This document shows, in pieces, positions 35,101 through 35,531 of a stretch of DNA of 35,531 nt (positions within the stretch are counted from its first letter, which is position 1; each line of letters starts with the position of its first letter). The notes beneath the pieces are model-generated. The model did no database searches and had not been told where the DNA came from. It saw only the letters and a program-made list of their open reading frames with translations. The position numbers and the translations under genes are program-made. Origin of the DNA: a bacterium (GTDB taxonomy: Bacteria; Zixibacteria; MSB-5A5; GN15; FEB-12); NCBI GenBank assembly GCA_043811375.1, contig JBDRNJ010000030.1:1-35531 (forward strand). The letters run 5' to 3'.

Positions 35101-35531
35101 GGGCTTGTTGATAAACATAACAAACGTCATAGCGGGCATAATAGTCAGGAAGTGTTGATGGTTTTGGTGTAATTGGTTGTTATTCTTGGGGTTTTATGGG
35201 ACTGGACTGAGGAGCCTGAGAGTATGGGTCAAAAAGATTCTGTCGGCACTGCGGTGTGTACGGTGCTGTTCGCAACGGTTGTGGTCATGGGAAGCAACGT
35301 TGGCTGTGTCGAGCGTGTGGTCGGACGTTTGTTCAGCCGGGTCTGCCCCGTCGCCGGGATCGGCAGCGCATATGGTTCGAACGGTGGATCGTAGAGGGCT
35401 ACAGTGTCCGACAACTGGTTGCGCAAAGTGGGTACAGTAGGAGTACTATCAGACGCATTATCGGCTACTGGCTGGATCGGTCGCCTCGGAGACAAGATGA
35501 TCTTGGTCGTTTCAAGTATCTGGTCATTGAC
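35101..35531 (+). mobile_element. IS256-family-like insertion sequence (Zn-ribbon variant), left end (truncated by window edge)
   Basis: Candidate terminal IR GGGCTTGTTGATAAA at 35101 (boundary uncertain by 1-2 nt), followed by a transposase-like frame. Confidence 0.65.
35224..35531 (+). CDS. Transposase N-terminal part (Zn ribbon + HTH), requires -1 frameshift at 35230-35236; partial
   Basis: Frame from 35235 is open to the end: RFCRHCGVYGAVRNGCGHGKQRWLCRACGRTF...WFERWIVEGYSVRQL..QSGYSRSTIRRII...YLVID. GAGGAG SD + ATG 35224 lie in a different frame, joined by CAAAAAG. Confidence 0.75.

Noticed and set aside
35173..35495. ORFs 35173-35394, 35177-35440 and 35229-35495
   Set aside because: Alternative frames of the transposase region; only the unlisted third plus-strand frame has Zn-ribbon and HTH features.
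1..35531. Whole window as a composite transposon
   Set aside because: The two terminal IS belong to different families and the interior includes housekeeping genes (nadK, ltaE); more likely a contig broken at repeats.

Overview
Bacterial DNA, probably candidate phylum Zixibacteria. This is inferred from a C-terminal 'GDVDxSxxIDVGDLTYLVAYLFQGGPxPPC' dockerin-like duplication and is not proven. Both window ends run into insertion sequences missed by the ORF track: an IS3-family left end plus orfA start (1-140, minus strand) and an IS256-like Zn-ribbon transposase needing a -1 frameshift (35101-end). Each appears to have inserted into a REP-like hairpin. The left ~20 kb is an anaerobic aromatic-degradation supercluster: tetR-bzdNOPQ-bzdM-bzdV-orf (ATP-dependent class I benzoyl-CoA reductase, ferredoxin, NADPH oxidoreductase), hcrBCA-like 4-hydroxybenzoyl-CoA reductase, a korDABC-type 2-oxoacid:ferredoxin oxidoreductase and an acyl-CoA dehydrogenase. 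Two AT-richer inserts interrupt it. The first is a Swt1-like HEPN gene sitting behind a near-copy of the tetR promoter/operator. The second is a ~2 kb island with two tandem integrase-less promoter+attI-like modules, each followed by a small membrane-protein gene and a REP-like repeat, then a second HEPN-motif gene. The right ~15 kb holds a propeller-transglutaminase, a Ser/Thr kinase, an EamA transporter, a duplicated-domain lipoprotein, an apparently leaderless ltaE, an FG-GAP/dockerin protein, CBS + DASS transporter genes, a methyltransferase and nadK. All family calls come from motif recognition by eye; no searches were run.
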